Notes under the pieces: generated by a model | Database searches by the model: none | Seen by the model: the letters and a program-made list of their open reading frames with translations, nothing else | What the model was told of the DNA's origin: nothing | From: Chitinophagales bacterium | GTDB lineage: Bacteria > Bacteroidota > Bacteroidia > Chitinophagales > LD1 | Reading direction: 5' to 3' | Assembly: GCA_046329575.1 (NCBI GenBank) | Contig: JAXLUJ010000009.1 | Coordinates: 43,291 to 107,290 of the forward strand | Length of the DNA stretch: 64,000 nucleotides | Program-made: the position numbers and the translations under genes | Shown: positions 1-8,256 of the stretch, piece by piece | Layout: every line of letters begins with the position of its first letter | Position numbering within the stretch: the first letter of the stretch is position 1

Positions 1-1421
1 TGGATCATCGTATGCCCGCCACCTGTTGTAAACTTAATTTGTGTGGATTGGGCGAAAGGGTTAGGGGAATTACTGATGAGTTGCACACCTGCCTTATTGT
101 TAATTTCGTGAACCGCTGAGGTGCAATCGGCACTATTGATCATGGGAATGCGTTGGAAGTTTTGAAGCAATACTGAACTAATATCGCTTTGTGGAACGCA
201 GAACCAATCTTGCAGAATGGAGGCATAAACCGAACGAAAATCGTATTGCATGGGCAGATTGTCGTTCACGCCTACAGTTGACGGTATTTGTGGATTGGTG
301 CCTGAAATGCCGGATTGTACCTGATTGCCAAATATAAAAACCGGCGCGGCAGCGCCGTGGTCGGTACCCAGTGAAGCATTTGATTTGATTCTTCTGCCAA
401 ATTCCGAGAAAGTCATTCCAATCACGCGATCGGCCGCACCTAATTGCTGAAGATCGTCTTGAAATACTTTGATAGCTGCTGATAATTCACTAAGCAAATT
501 GGCATGAACCCCGAAATCGGTATTGCCACTTACTACTTGTGAAGAGTGTGTGTCGTAACTACCATCACTTTGCGTACTTACCATGTACACGCGGGTCTTC
601 AAACCGCCTGCAATTAACCGCGCTACGGCTTTTAACTGTTCGCCAAGTTTATTACCTGCCGGGTAAATAAGTTGAGGTGTAGTAACCGAATTGTAAGCGT
701 TCGTTACCACCGAAGCATATTGGTTAGTTTGTTTGGCTACTTCGCGGATATAACTCAATTCTTTTCCGGCAGGCGTGGCCGGTGCGGCATCGGTAATACC
801 ATTTGCCAGATTGTAAATGGAAGAAGGATCGGCTATGCTCATGGCCATATTCACCTGCGGGCCCTGAAAAACCGGCGACAGAAAATAGCCGATTTGAATT
901 GCCAGCGGATCAGGCATGGTGGCATTGGGATAGCCGTTTGGATAGTTGGCGTATTCATAGCTAAGGTGCCTGCCCGACCAACCTGTTGTGAGCACCTGAT
1001 TGCTATCGGCGCCCGTAAGCCAAATGTCGGTAGAACGGAAATGAGAATAATTCGGATTGGGATAGCCCACGCCTTGAACAATGTGCATTTTTCCGGCATT
1101 GAACAATTCCTGCATACCCGTCATTTTGGGATGCAAACCGGTGGCCGTAGTCCCATTCAGCGGCAGTACCTTATTCTGTGCAATCATGATATTGCTGCGG
1201 GCATTTGAGAGCGGGCTGTACTGATCAACCGGAATAACACAGTTCAGTCCGTCATTACCTCCTACCATTTGTATAAGCACCAGCACATGGTCGGTTTCTA
1301 CCGATGCGCCGGTGAGCGCCTCCAAAAATGGCGAAGCGCCAAATGCCTTAACGGGTAAGCCGTTCAGCAATGCAGGAAGTACAGCTACGGGAGTGGTTTT
1401 TAGAAAGTCGCGTCTTTTCAT
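1..1421 (-). CDS. DUF1501-family (sulfatase-fold) protein with a twin-arginine signal and the beginning of a T9SS C-terminal sorting domain; 3' end lies outside the window
   Basis: Absent from the ORF track because there is no stop in the window. My translation from ATG (complement of 1419..1421) gives MKRRDFLKTTPVAVLPALLNGLPVKAFGASPFLEA. It continues with HVLVLIQMVGGNDGLNCVIPV and VQGVGYPNPNYSHFRSTDIWLTG, which are DUF1501 hallmarks. The last in-window residues, SAVHEINNKAGVQLISNSPNPFAQSTQIKFTTGGGHTMI, resemble the start of a T9SS CTD. It lies directly downstream of its usual DUF1800 partner. Confidence 0.8.
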   Translation of the reverse strand, partial: MKRRDFLKTTPVAVLPALLNGLPVKAFGASPFLEALTGASVETDHVLVLIQMVGGNDGLNCVIPVDQYSPLSNARSNIMIAQNKVLPLNGTTATGLHPKMTGMQELFNAGKMHIVQGVGYPNPNYSHFRSTDIWLTGADSNQVLTTGWSGRHLSYEYANYPNGYPNATMPDPLAIQIGYFLSPVFQGPQVNMAMSIADPSSIYNLANGITDAAPATPAGKELSYIREVAKQTNQYASVVTNAYNSVTTPQLIYPAGNKLGEQLKAVARLIAGGLKTRVYMVSTQSDGSYDTHSSQVVSGNTDFGVHANLLSELSAAIKVFQDDLQQLGAADRVIGMTFSEFGRRIKSNASLGTDHGAAAPVFIFGNQVQSGISGTNPQIPSTVGVNDNLPMQYDFRSVYASILQDWFCVPQSDISSVLLQNFQRIPMINSADCTSAVHEINNKAGVQLISNSPNPFAQSTQIKFTTGGGHTMI

Positions 1422-1437
1422 AAGTTGGTATTTAGGA

Positions 1438-3090
1438 TTAGCTGAGTTGATATTCCGAGGAGTTCATCAAATATTTCAGTACGTAGCGCAACCGGGTTTC
1501 CACTACATTGCGTTTCACCATGTCAGAAGGATTGGCGATGTAATCGTTCCAGGCATTGGTCCAATAGTAGTTCTGAGTTTGGCCACCCAATAAACCATAT
1601 TGCCGCAAATAATCTTTCACGGTTTGTGAAACATCCAGCATATACAACTGGTTGAGGATATCATCAATTAAGGCTATGGGATCATCGGGAGTTGCAAACT
1701 GTGAGGCATACACTATGGCATCAATTTGCAGTTTAAATGTATTGCCGCCGGCTGAAACCGAAAAGCCGGTGTACAGCAGCGCATCCGTGATTTGATTGCG
1801 AAGGGGAAGCGTAGAACTATTGATCCAAAGTTCATGGAATTGCGGTAGCTGGTAATATTCCGTCCAGCCCGAAACAGATGGCGGATCGAGCAGGTCCTGG
1901 CCCAGAGTGATGCTAAAATAATCAGTTGTTAGCCAGGTTCGGTAATTGAGCGGTATGTCACTTGAAACGGGCATGGCCACTTTATATTCCCGGCAAAGCC
2001 CGGCAAGAAAATCCACAGGCGATTTGATTACACAACCGTAATTGAGCACATCAAAAAAGTGTTCGCTTTTGAAAAGCGTATCAAGCGCGGTTTTAATGTT
2101 GTAATTGGAATTTCTGAAAATAGTGGCCAACGGCTCAATGATGTTGGTTTCTACAGTGGCATCAATATCGTAGTAAACAAAGAAGCGATATAGTTTTCTG
2201 CAAATGTATTTGGCTACTTCCTGTTGATTGAAGATCATGGTGAGCAAGTCGTCTAATTCATTAGCGCCGGCTGCTCCACTTTGGCCGGTAATCACGGTGT
2301 TATTATAAAAAGAAGAAAACTGTTTGTTGGTGGTATCGTGCGCAGTGCTATCGAAATAGCTGGTGTAATTGGTGTTGATACGATAGCCGGAAAGCACACG
2401 GGCCGCCATTTGCACATCTGACTCGGTATAATGGTTTGCCAGATCTTTACCAACGGTGAACAGCTCTTGTAACTCGCGTCCGTAGTTCTCATCGGGTGCT
2501 GCTGCCGAATTTTGATCGCCATTCAAAAAGCGCAGCATGGCAGGATCGAGTGTTATGGCTTTTACGAATTGTTTGAAATCGCCAAAAGCATTCTGGCGTA
2601 TAGTGTTCAGGTACAAATATCCGGCAATGGGAAACTGATAAGCGGAAAGTTGCGTAGCGAAATGATTGTGCCAGAACAGCACTAATTTTTCTTCGATTGA
2701 TCGGTTTTGATTTACCATTAAGCCGAACCACCACGCTTTGAGCGACTGTTGCCGTACGCCAAGCGACATTGGTTGATTCGAAAAATCGGTTACCCAAGTG
2801 GCACCGGGTGCAACTACCGTATCGGTGTATTGCTCGTTGTAATTGTTTACCGGCGGCGAAGGTGGTGTTCCTGCGGTGAGCAGTTCATCTACGGCCTGCG
2901 TCATGGTACGGGTGAGGAAATAATCGATATCCGATTTTGAAGCGCCGAACATGGTGCGTTTTAATAGATGGGTTACCTGGCGTATGCCCCAGGTTCCGGT
3001 GTAAGTGGCTAAAGTTGTAGTACTGCGTTGGCCTGAGGGTCTGGCATAGGGAACATGCACTTCCGCAGCAGGTAGTAACAAATCATTCAT
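1438..3090 (-). CDS. DUF1800 domain-containing protein
   Basis: 550-aa ORF with the LKRTMFGA and LVLFWHNHFATQ motifs typical of DUF1800. It sits 16 nt upstream of the DUF1501 gene on the same strand, the conserved DUF1800/DUF1501 pair. Confidence 0.8.
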   Translation of the reverse strand: MNDLLLPAAEVHVPYARPSGQRSTTTLATYTGTWGIRQVTHLLKRTMFGASKSDIDYFLTRTMTQAVDELLTAGTPPSPPVNNYNEQYTDTVVAPGATWVTDFSNQPMSLGVRQQSLKAWWFGLMVNQNRSIEEKLVLFWHNHFATQLSAYQFPIAGYLYLNTIRQNAFGDFKQFVKAITLDPAMLRFLNGDQNSAAAPDENYGRELQELFTVGKDLANHYTESDVQMAARVLSGYRINTNYTSYFDSTAHDTTNKQFSSFYNNTVITGQSGAAGANELDDLLTMIFNQQEVAKYICRKLYRFFVYYDIDATVETNIIEPLATIFRNSNYNIKTALDTLFKSEHFFDVLNYGCVIKSPVDFLAGLCREYKVAMPVSSDIPLNYRTWLTTDYFSITLGQDLLDPPSVSGWTEYYQLPQFHELWINSSTLPLRNQITDALLYTGFSVSAGGNTFKLQIDAIVYASQFATPDDPIALIDDILNQLYMLDVSQTVKDYLRQYGLLGGQTQNYYWTNAWNDYIANPSDMVKRNVVETRLRYVLKYLMNSSEYQLS

Positions 3091-3204
3091 GATTTCAAAT
3101 TTTATGGAAAGCGATCAACTTACTTTAAAGATAAATAATTGACCTTTGAAAAAAGGAATAGTTTAAACGCCGCTTTTGTGGAATGAATATTTAAAGGAAC
3201 GAAT

Positions 3205-3822
3205 GTGTGGTGGCAATATGTTTTAGTGTTTATAGGTTCGATGTTGGTGGACATTGTACCATTTCCTTTTCTGCCGGCATTCACGGTGATGATTGCATTG
3301 CAGTTGATTTTTAAACTGAATATTTGGTTAGTGATCATTGCCGGCGTAGCCGGTTCCATTTTGGGCCGCTACATTCTTACGTTGTACATTCCCAAATTGT
3401 CGGCAAAAATCTTCAACACTTCCAAGAATGAAGACGTACAGTATTTGGGTAAGAAAATGAAACAAAATCGGTGGAAGGGCCACGGATTGGTGCTTTTGTA
3501 TTCGCTTTTGCCATTGCCTACCACACCCTTGTTTTTGGCAGCAGGAATGGCGCGGCTGAGTCCGCTTTTTGTGATACCTGGTTTTTTTGTAGGGAAATTC
3601 ATTAGCGATACGGCTGCCGTTACGTTGGGCGATTATGCGGCAAAAAGCACGAATGATCTTGTACACGGCATAGTATCGTGGAAAACATGGGTAAGCCTTG
3701 CTGTTGGCCTGGTATTGCTTTGTGCGCTATTGTTTATCGACTGGCGCACTTTATTGCAACAAAAAAAGTTGCGGTTGCGGTTTAAGATTTGGAAGAAAGG
3801 AGAGGGGAGAAGAGAAAGATGA
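3205..3822 (+). CDS. Multi-pass membrane protein, YqaA/DedA (VTT-domain)-like
   Basis: 205-aa ORF with a GTG start (alternative ATG at 3241) and several hydrophobic helices. LVDIVPFPFLPAF...IIAGVAGSILGRYIL resembles COG1238/YqaA-type proteins. The last codons and the stop lie inside the heptamer tract. Confidence 0.5.
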   Translation: MWWQYVLVFIGSMLVDIVPFPFLPAFTVMIALQLIFKLNIWLVIIAGVAGSILGRYILTLYIPKLSAKIFNTSKNEDVQYLGKKMKQNRWKGHGLVLLYSLLPLPTTPLFLAAGMARLSPLFVIPGFFVGKFISDTAAVTLGDYAAKSTNDLVHGIVSWKTWVSLAVGLVLLCALLFIDWRTLLQQKKLRLRFKIWKKGEGRRER

Positions 3823-3862
3823 AAGATGAGAGATGAGAGATGAGAGATGAAAGATGAGAACT
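3814..3862. repeat. Heptamer microsatellite, 7 units of GARAGAT (last unit degenerate)
   Basis: Read directly: gaaagat gaaagat gagagat gagagat gagagat gaaagat gagaact. It overlaps the stop codon of the 3205..3822 CDS. Confidence 0.9.
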
Positions 3863-3863
3863 G

Positions 3864-4019
3864 AGCGTTCCGTGAGGGGGCGGAAAGGCGAGCCGAAGGC
3901 GAGGCCCGAAACGAAGTGAAGGGCGGAAGCGATAGCGTACCCTTGCAGCACCCGACCCCGCCTGTGGCTGTTGCCTGGCGAATTGGCTGAAGATGCTTGG
4001 CGGGGGCACGGCAAAAAAA
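3864..4019 (+). repeat. GC-rich intergenic repeat element, copy A (~156 bp, REP-like)
   Basis: The reverse complement matches 13055..13176 plus 15920..15956 over its whole length. By eye identity is roughly 85-90 percent, with a variable central ~40 nt. It ends in an A7 run and lies between convergent genes. The ORFs called here in several frames (3633..4022, 3751..4014, 3782..4009) are artefacts of the repeat. Confidence 0.85.
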
Positions 4020-4022
4020 CAA

Positions 4023-4448
4023 TTAAAGATGCAGTTCTATATCTTTAGGAATGATTTGAGTAACATCTATAGGCGGAAGAACATAAGATCTAAAATCGCT
4101 CATTTCAATTTTAGCGTGTAAAATTCCTCTTACGGTGCCTAGAGTGAGCATGGTTAAATGTTGGGCGAAATCTTTCGGAATAATTACCGATTTGTTTTTG
4201 GTTAAAACCAGCCAACTTTGCGCTGCAATCTGATAACTACATTCCGTTTCCAATACAAGAAAAGGCTGTTTTTGTTGCAACTGCAAATTCACATTAACCT
4301 GAAGGGAGTTGTTGTCAGGCGCTGCTTTTATTTCGGCATTCAGTTTAAGTTTTATGGGTTGCGAAACATCGTAACATTCCTTGATTATCGCAAACTGTGT
4401 AGTGATAATTGAGTGAATTGAAAACTGAACCGGTACGTTCTTACTCAT
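4023..4448 (-). CDS. SecB-like chaperone candidate (third gene of a TAC-like module)
   Basis: 141-aa ORF whose start overlaps the upstream gene's stop by 4 nt (ATGA). By-eye collinearity with E. coli SecB: VQFSIHSIITTQFAI vs FQIQRIYTKDISFEA. The central beta segments align, LQVNVNLQLQQKQPFLVLETECSYQIAA. The C-terminal LTMLTLGTVRGILHAKIEMSDFRSYVLPPIDV aligns with [30 protein letters not shown]. The fold assignment is unverified. Confidence 0.5.
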   Translation of the reverse strand: MSKNVPVQFSIHSIITTQFAIIKECYDVSQPIKLKLNAEIKAAPDNNSLQVNVNLQLQQKQPFLVLETECSYQIAAQSWLVLTKNKSVIIPKDFAQHLTMLTLGTVRGILHAKIEMSDFRSYVLPPIDVTQIIPKDIELHL

Positions 4449-4849
4449 GCTGACATGGCATATACGTTAAGAGATGATTCTTCAAAATTGCAATTATCAA
4501 TTTGCGCTATAAGCTCCTGAAAAGTCAGAACCGATACGGTTTGAGTTTCTCTGATCCCGGGGATTTCGAGTAACTGAACTTCCAACAATTGTTCGATTTT
4601 GCAAATCGTTTGAAGTGAAAGGTTTTCATTGCCTTTAACGATTTTATTCACTTGTTGCGGCGATACATTCAGGCTATTAGCTAAATCAACCTGAGTCATA
4701 CCCCGTTTTTTCAGAGAAAGCAGAATTCTTGTAGCTATTTTTTTTGACTTTAAATGCCAAGCACCCTCTGATTGCCGCGCTCTTTCTTTTTCCAACCAGT
4801 TGGAAACACGGCCTCCGCTTAATTGCTCTAACTTTTCTAAGGATTTCAT
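4445..4849 (-). CDS. XRE-family helix-turn-helix protein (HigA-like antitoxin candidate) with a C-terminal extension
   Basis: 134-aa ORF with the HTH_3 motif GMTQVDLANSLNVSPQQVNKIVKGNENLSLQTICKIEQLL. A ~40-aa tail (IPGIRETQTVSVLTFQELIAQIDNCNFEESSLNVYAMSA) follows the HTH. Confidence 0.75.
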   Translation of the reverse strand: MKSLEKLEQLSGGRVSNWLEKERARQSEGAWHLKSKKIATRILLSLKKRGMTQVDLANSLNVSPQQVNKIVKGNENLSLQTICKIEQLLEVQLLEIPGIRETQTVSVLTFQELIAQIDNCNFEESSLNVYAMSA

Positions 4850-4859
4850 TTTTTACAAT

Positions 4860-5396
4860 TTATAATTCACAAAACATGGTCAAATCATCGCCATCGCGTA
4901 CCTCTTGTTCTCTTAAAAAATCGCGAACCCGCTCCAGCTTATTCAGTTCCTTCATAAGTAGTGGATCTTCCTGCATCGTTCTGGTTGTTTTAATAGCACT
5001 ACCTGTAACCACATACATATTCCTTTCCACCCGAATAGCATAAATCCGCAATAAACTTTTCTTCGGGCGGCCATATGCTTTAGACAGTTGGAATAAACTG
5101 TAGTCGCCTTTATGAACAGGATGAAAAAGTGTGTCAAGTTCCAAATTGGTATGTTCTCTACTTGTTTCAAAAATTCTATTCCTTAAAAGTTGCGCCTCTT
5201 CTAGTACCTGTTCCACTTGAGTAGCTATAAATTCATCATCTTCAGTATCCTGAAACTTCCCTTCAAAATAAGCGATTAACGTTTCCGGATCCTCCCACTG
5301 TTCAAATGCCTTGTCCCATTCATTTCCATCACCTTGCTCATAATCGATTGCGTATAGACCCGCATTGTTAACGGCAAATATTTTAAAAAGTTGCAT
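4860..5396 (-). CDS. RelE/HigB (gp49/DUF891-like) toxin candidate with an acidic N-terminal extension
   Basis: 178-aa ORF. The C-terminal half, SLLRIYAIRVERNMYVVTGSAIKTTRTMQEDPLLMKELNKLERVRDFL, follows the gp49/HigB pattern YRIxY...VVLxxGFxKKTxKTPxxEIxxA. The N-terminal ~90 aa is D/E-rich with no recognisable family. It is followed 10 nt later by the XRE gene. Confidence 0.55.
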   Translation of the reverse strand: MQLFKIFAVNNAGLYAIDYEQGDGNEWDKAFEQWEDPETLIAYFEGKFQDTEDDEFIATQVEQVLEEAQLLRNRIFETSREHTNLELDTLFHPVHKGDYSLFQLSKAYGRPKKSLLRIYAIRVERNMYVVTGSAIKTTRTMQEDPLLMKELNKLERVRDFLREQEVRDGDDLTMFCEL

Positions 5397-5436
5397 AAAA
5401 TCAACTTATAGGTTTATTTTTAACAAAGGGTAGCTT

Positions 5437-8166
5437 TTAGGCAAAAGCCTTGCTCAGCAACTCGGCCTGTTCTTTGGCGTGTTGCTTTTTGAAACCTGTG
5501 GCAGGAGAAGCCGAGTTCTTTCGTGCAACCACTTTCATTGGCAATTTATCGTACAATCTTCCCAACAGGAAGTTCCACGCGCCCATGTTTTGCGGTTCTT
5601 CCTGAACCCAAACGATTTCGGCCTTGCTGTACTTTTCGCGAAGCGCTAACAGACCGGTTTCCGGAATCGGATAGATTTGCTCCAACCGAACGATTGCAAT
5701 ATCTTTCACACTGTCTTTTTGTTGTTTATCAAGCAAATCGTAATAGATTTTTCCGGTGCAGAGTAATACGCGGCGCACTTTGGCCGCAGCCGATTTGGAA
5801 ATGCTATCGTCATCAATCAACTCGCGGAAACCGCCTTTCATCACATTTTCAATTGGCGATTGACAAGCCGGCAAACGCAACAGCGATTTGGGCGACATTA
5901 CTACCAATGGTTTGCGGAATTCCCAGGCTAACTGACGGCGCAGGGCATGGAAATAGTTAGCCGGATCGGTAATATTCACCACCACCATATTCAATTCCGA
6001 ACAGCCTTGCAGGAATCGTTCGAGGCGGGCTGAAGAGTGCTCGGGCCCCTGGCCTTCATATCCATGCGGTAACAGCATTACGAGGCCGCACTTGCGCTGC
6101 CATTTTGATTCGCCTGCGGCGATGAACTGATCAATAATGATTTGCGCGCCATTGCTGAAATCGCCGAATTGCGCTTCCCATAAAACCAACGCATCGGGAT
6201 GGGTAATGGCATAGCCATACTCAAAACCAAGTACGCCATATTCGCTGAGGTGCGAATTATAAATGAAGAACTTGCCTTGATCTTTGCCTAGCTCGGATAG
6301 GCGATTGTATTCCTGATCAGTGTTCTGATCGGTAATAACCGCGTGGCGGTGCGTGAAAGTTCCGCGTTTCACGTCTTCACCGCTAAGGCGAACGTTCTTT
6401 CCTTCCAATAAAATACTGCCATAGGCCATCAGTTCAGCAGCGGCCCAATCAATTACTTTATTGTCCACCATCAGCTTTTTGCGGTCTTCGAGGTGTTTGA
6501 GCACCTGGCGCAGTGGCTGAAATCCTTCCGGATAGGTAGTGAGCGCCGTAATCAGTTTTTCAACTGATTTTTTATCGATGGCCGTATCTGGCGATTGTTC
6601 AAAGTCCTTGCCTGAAGCCATCCGCAGCCGTTGCCATGCCAGTTCGGTAGGTTGCGGTTTGTAAGGAAGCGGCTTTTGTTTTACGGCATCGAGGCGGGCC
6701 TGAAGGTCGCTCCAAAATTCTTTTTCCAGCCGCTTGCTCATCTCAGCAGTGATGCTGCCTTCCTGTTCCAGTTGCTGGGTATAAATATCGCGCGGATTGC
6801 TGTGTTTATCAATCAGCTTGTACATGCCCGGTTGGGTGAACTTTGGTTCATCGCTTTCGTTGTGACCCCAACGGCGGTAGCAAACCATGTCAATGAATAT
6901 GTCCTTATTGAACTGCTGGCGGTACGCTACGGCCATTTCACAGGCAAAAACAACCGCCTCGATATCGTCGCCATTCACATGCAAAACCGGCGCTTCCACT
7001 GTGGCAGCAATGGAGCTGCAATAATCAGAAGAACGGGCATCATCGAAACTGGTAGTGAAACCGATTTGATTGTTAATCACAAAGTGAATAGTGCCGCCGG
7101 TTTCGTAGCCTTTCAGGCGCATCATTTGCAACACTTCGTAAACAATACCCTGCCCTGCCACGGCGGCATCGCCATGCACCAAAATTGGCAGGATCTTATC
7201 GTAATCGCTGTTATAAATGGCGTCGGCTTTAGCGCGAACAAAACCTTCCACCACCGGATTTACCGCTTCGAGGTGCGATGGATTCGGCATTAACTTCAGA
7301 TAAACGCTTTTACCGGAGGCCGTAGGATATTGATGTGAAAAGCCCAAGTGATATTTTACGTCGCCGTCGCCCATGGTGAGGTCGAACAAAGCATTTCCTT
7401 CAAATTCATTAAAAATTTCTTCATACGTCTTACCCATGATATTGGCCAGAACGTTGAGGCGGCCGCGATGCGCCATGCCGATCACTACTTCATCCACATT
7501 CAGTTTTGCGGCAGTTTCAATAATGGCATCAAAACCCGGAATGGTAGTTTCGCCACCTTCCAGCGAAAAACGCTTTTCGCCCATGTACTTCGTACCCAAA
7601 AACTTTTCAAAAACTACGGCCTGATTGAGTTTGCGCAGAATGTGTTCTTTCTTTTCCACCGGAAAACGAAACAGTTTTTCGTTGTTCTCGATTTGAGATC
7701 GGAAGAAGTCAATTTCTTCTTTACGGCGCACATAACCGAACTCAAAGCCAATTGTACCGCAATACATGGCCTTCAATCGTTCCAGAATTGCCTGCAACGA
7801 AGCATTGGCCAATCCAATTTCAGCGCCGATGGCAAATTTTTTATCCAAATCACCTTCACTCAAACCGAAATCAGCCAATTCCAAATCAGGGCGGCGATCT
7901 TTACGGGGCCGTATCGGATTGGTGTTGGCGCGATAATGACCGCGGCTCCGATAGGCTTCTATCAACCGAAAAACCTTGAACTCGTCGGCTGAAAAGCCGG
8001 CGGCGCTCTTGCCATTGTAGTTCAGTGTAGCAAAGTCGAATCCTTCAAAAAATTTGCGGAACTCGGCATCAACCGAAGTGGAATCTTTCTTAAAATCACG
8101 GTAAAGATTCTCCAGAAATTCAGGTGTAGCGTTCGAAATAAAGGTGTATTTATCCATTTGCAGCAA
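5437..8166 (-). CDS. sucA: 2-oxoglutarate dehydrogenase E1 component
   Basis: 909-aa ORF with full-length E1o architecture and the ThDP-binding region GDAAVAGQGIVYEVLQM...HVNGDD. Antisense ORFs inside it are disregarded. Confidence 0.95.
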   Translation of the reverse strand: MLQMDKYTFISNATPEFLENLYRDFKKDSTSVDAEFRKFFEGFDFATLNYNGKSAAGFSADEFKVFRLIEAYRSRGHYRANTNPIRPRKDRRPDLELADFGLSEGDLDKKFAIGAEIGLANASLQAILERLKAMYCGTIGFEFGYVRRKEEIDFFRSQIENNEKLFRFPVEKKEHILRKLNQAVVFEKFLGTKYMGEKRFSLEGGETTIPGFDAIIETAAKLNVDEVVIGMAHRGRLNVLANIMGKTYEEIFNEFEGNALFDLTMGDGDVKYHLGFSHQYPTASGKSVYLKLMPNPSHLEAVNPVVEGFVRAKADAIYNSDYDKILPILVHGDAAVAGQGIVYEVLQMMRLKGYETGGTIHFVINNQIGFTTSFDDARSSDYCSSIAATVEAPVLHVNGDDIEAVVFACEMAVAYRQQFNKDIFIDMVCYRRWGHNESDEPKFTQPGMYKLIDKHSNPRDIYTQQLEQEGSITAEMSKRLEKEFWSDLQARLDAVKQKPLPYKPQPTELAWQRLRMASGKDFEQSPDTAIDKKSVEKLITALTTYPEGFQPLRQVLKHLEDRKKLMVDNKVIDWAAAELMAYGSILLEGKNVRLSGEDVKRGTFTHRHAVITDQNTDQEYNRLSELGKDQGKFFIYNSHLSEYGVLGFEYGYAITHPDALVLWEAQFGDFSNGAQIIIDQFIAAGESKWQRKCGLVMLLPHGYEGQGPEHSSARLERFLQGCSELNMVVVNITDPANYFHALRRQLAWEFRKPLVVMSPKSLLRLPACQSPIENVMKGGFRELIDDDSISKSAAAKVRRVLLCTGKIYYDLLDKQQKDSVKDIAIVRLEQIYPIPETGLLALREKYSKAEIVWVQEEPQNMGAWNFLLGRLYDKLPMKVVARKNSASPATGFKKQHAKEQAELLSKAFA

Positions 8167-8256
8167 TGCCCATTCAGGCGTGCGCGAAACTAATGATAAA
8201 TCAGTAAATTAATTGGCACGGTATTGTATATCTTTCTTCTGAATTAAAATCCGATT

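Noticed and set aside
672-1208. 178-aa plus-strand ORF (and the 82-aa and 93-aa ORFs nearby)
   Set aside because: It is antisense to, or overlaps, the well-supported DUF1501 coding frame. Its composition is Arg/Gly/Ile-rich shadow-frame sequence.
3814-3862. Possible CRISPR array or other spaced repeat
   Set aside because: The units are contiguous 7-mers without spacers. No repeat-spacer architecture or cas genes occur anywhere in the window.
3633-4022. Overlapping ORFs of 75-129 aa (3633..4022, 3751..4014, 3782..4009), and the similar 61-aa ORF at 13060..13245, as protein-coding genes
   Set aside because: They lie entirely in the GC-rich intergenic repeat and heptamer tract and are open in several frames at once. 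The shared peptide (MPCPRQA...GYAIASALHF) simply reflects the repeated DNA. The 13060..13245 ORF runs across the repeat/IS junction.
6631-7992. Plus-strand ORFs of 220 and 214 aa inside sucA
   Set aside because: They are shadow ORFs opposite a highly conserved E1o gene. No motifs or start context were found.
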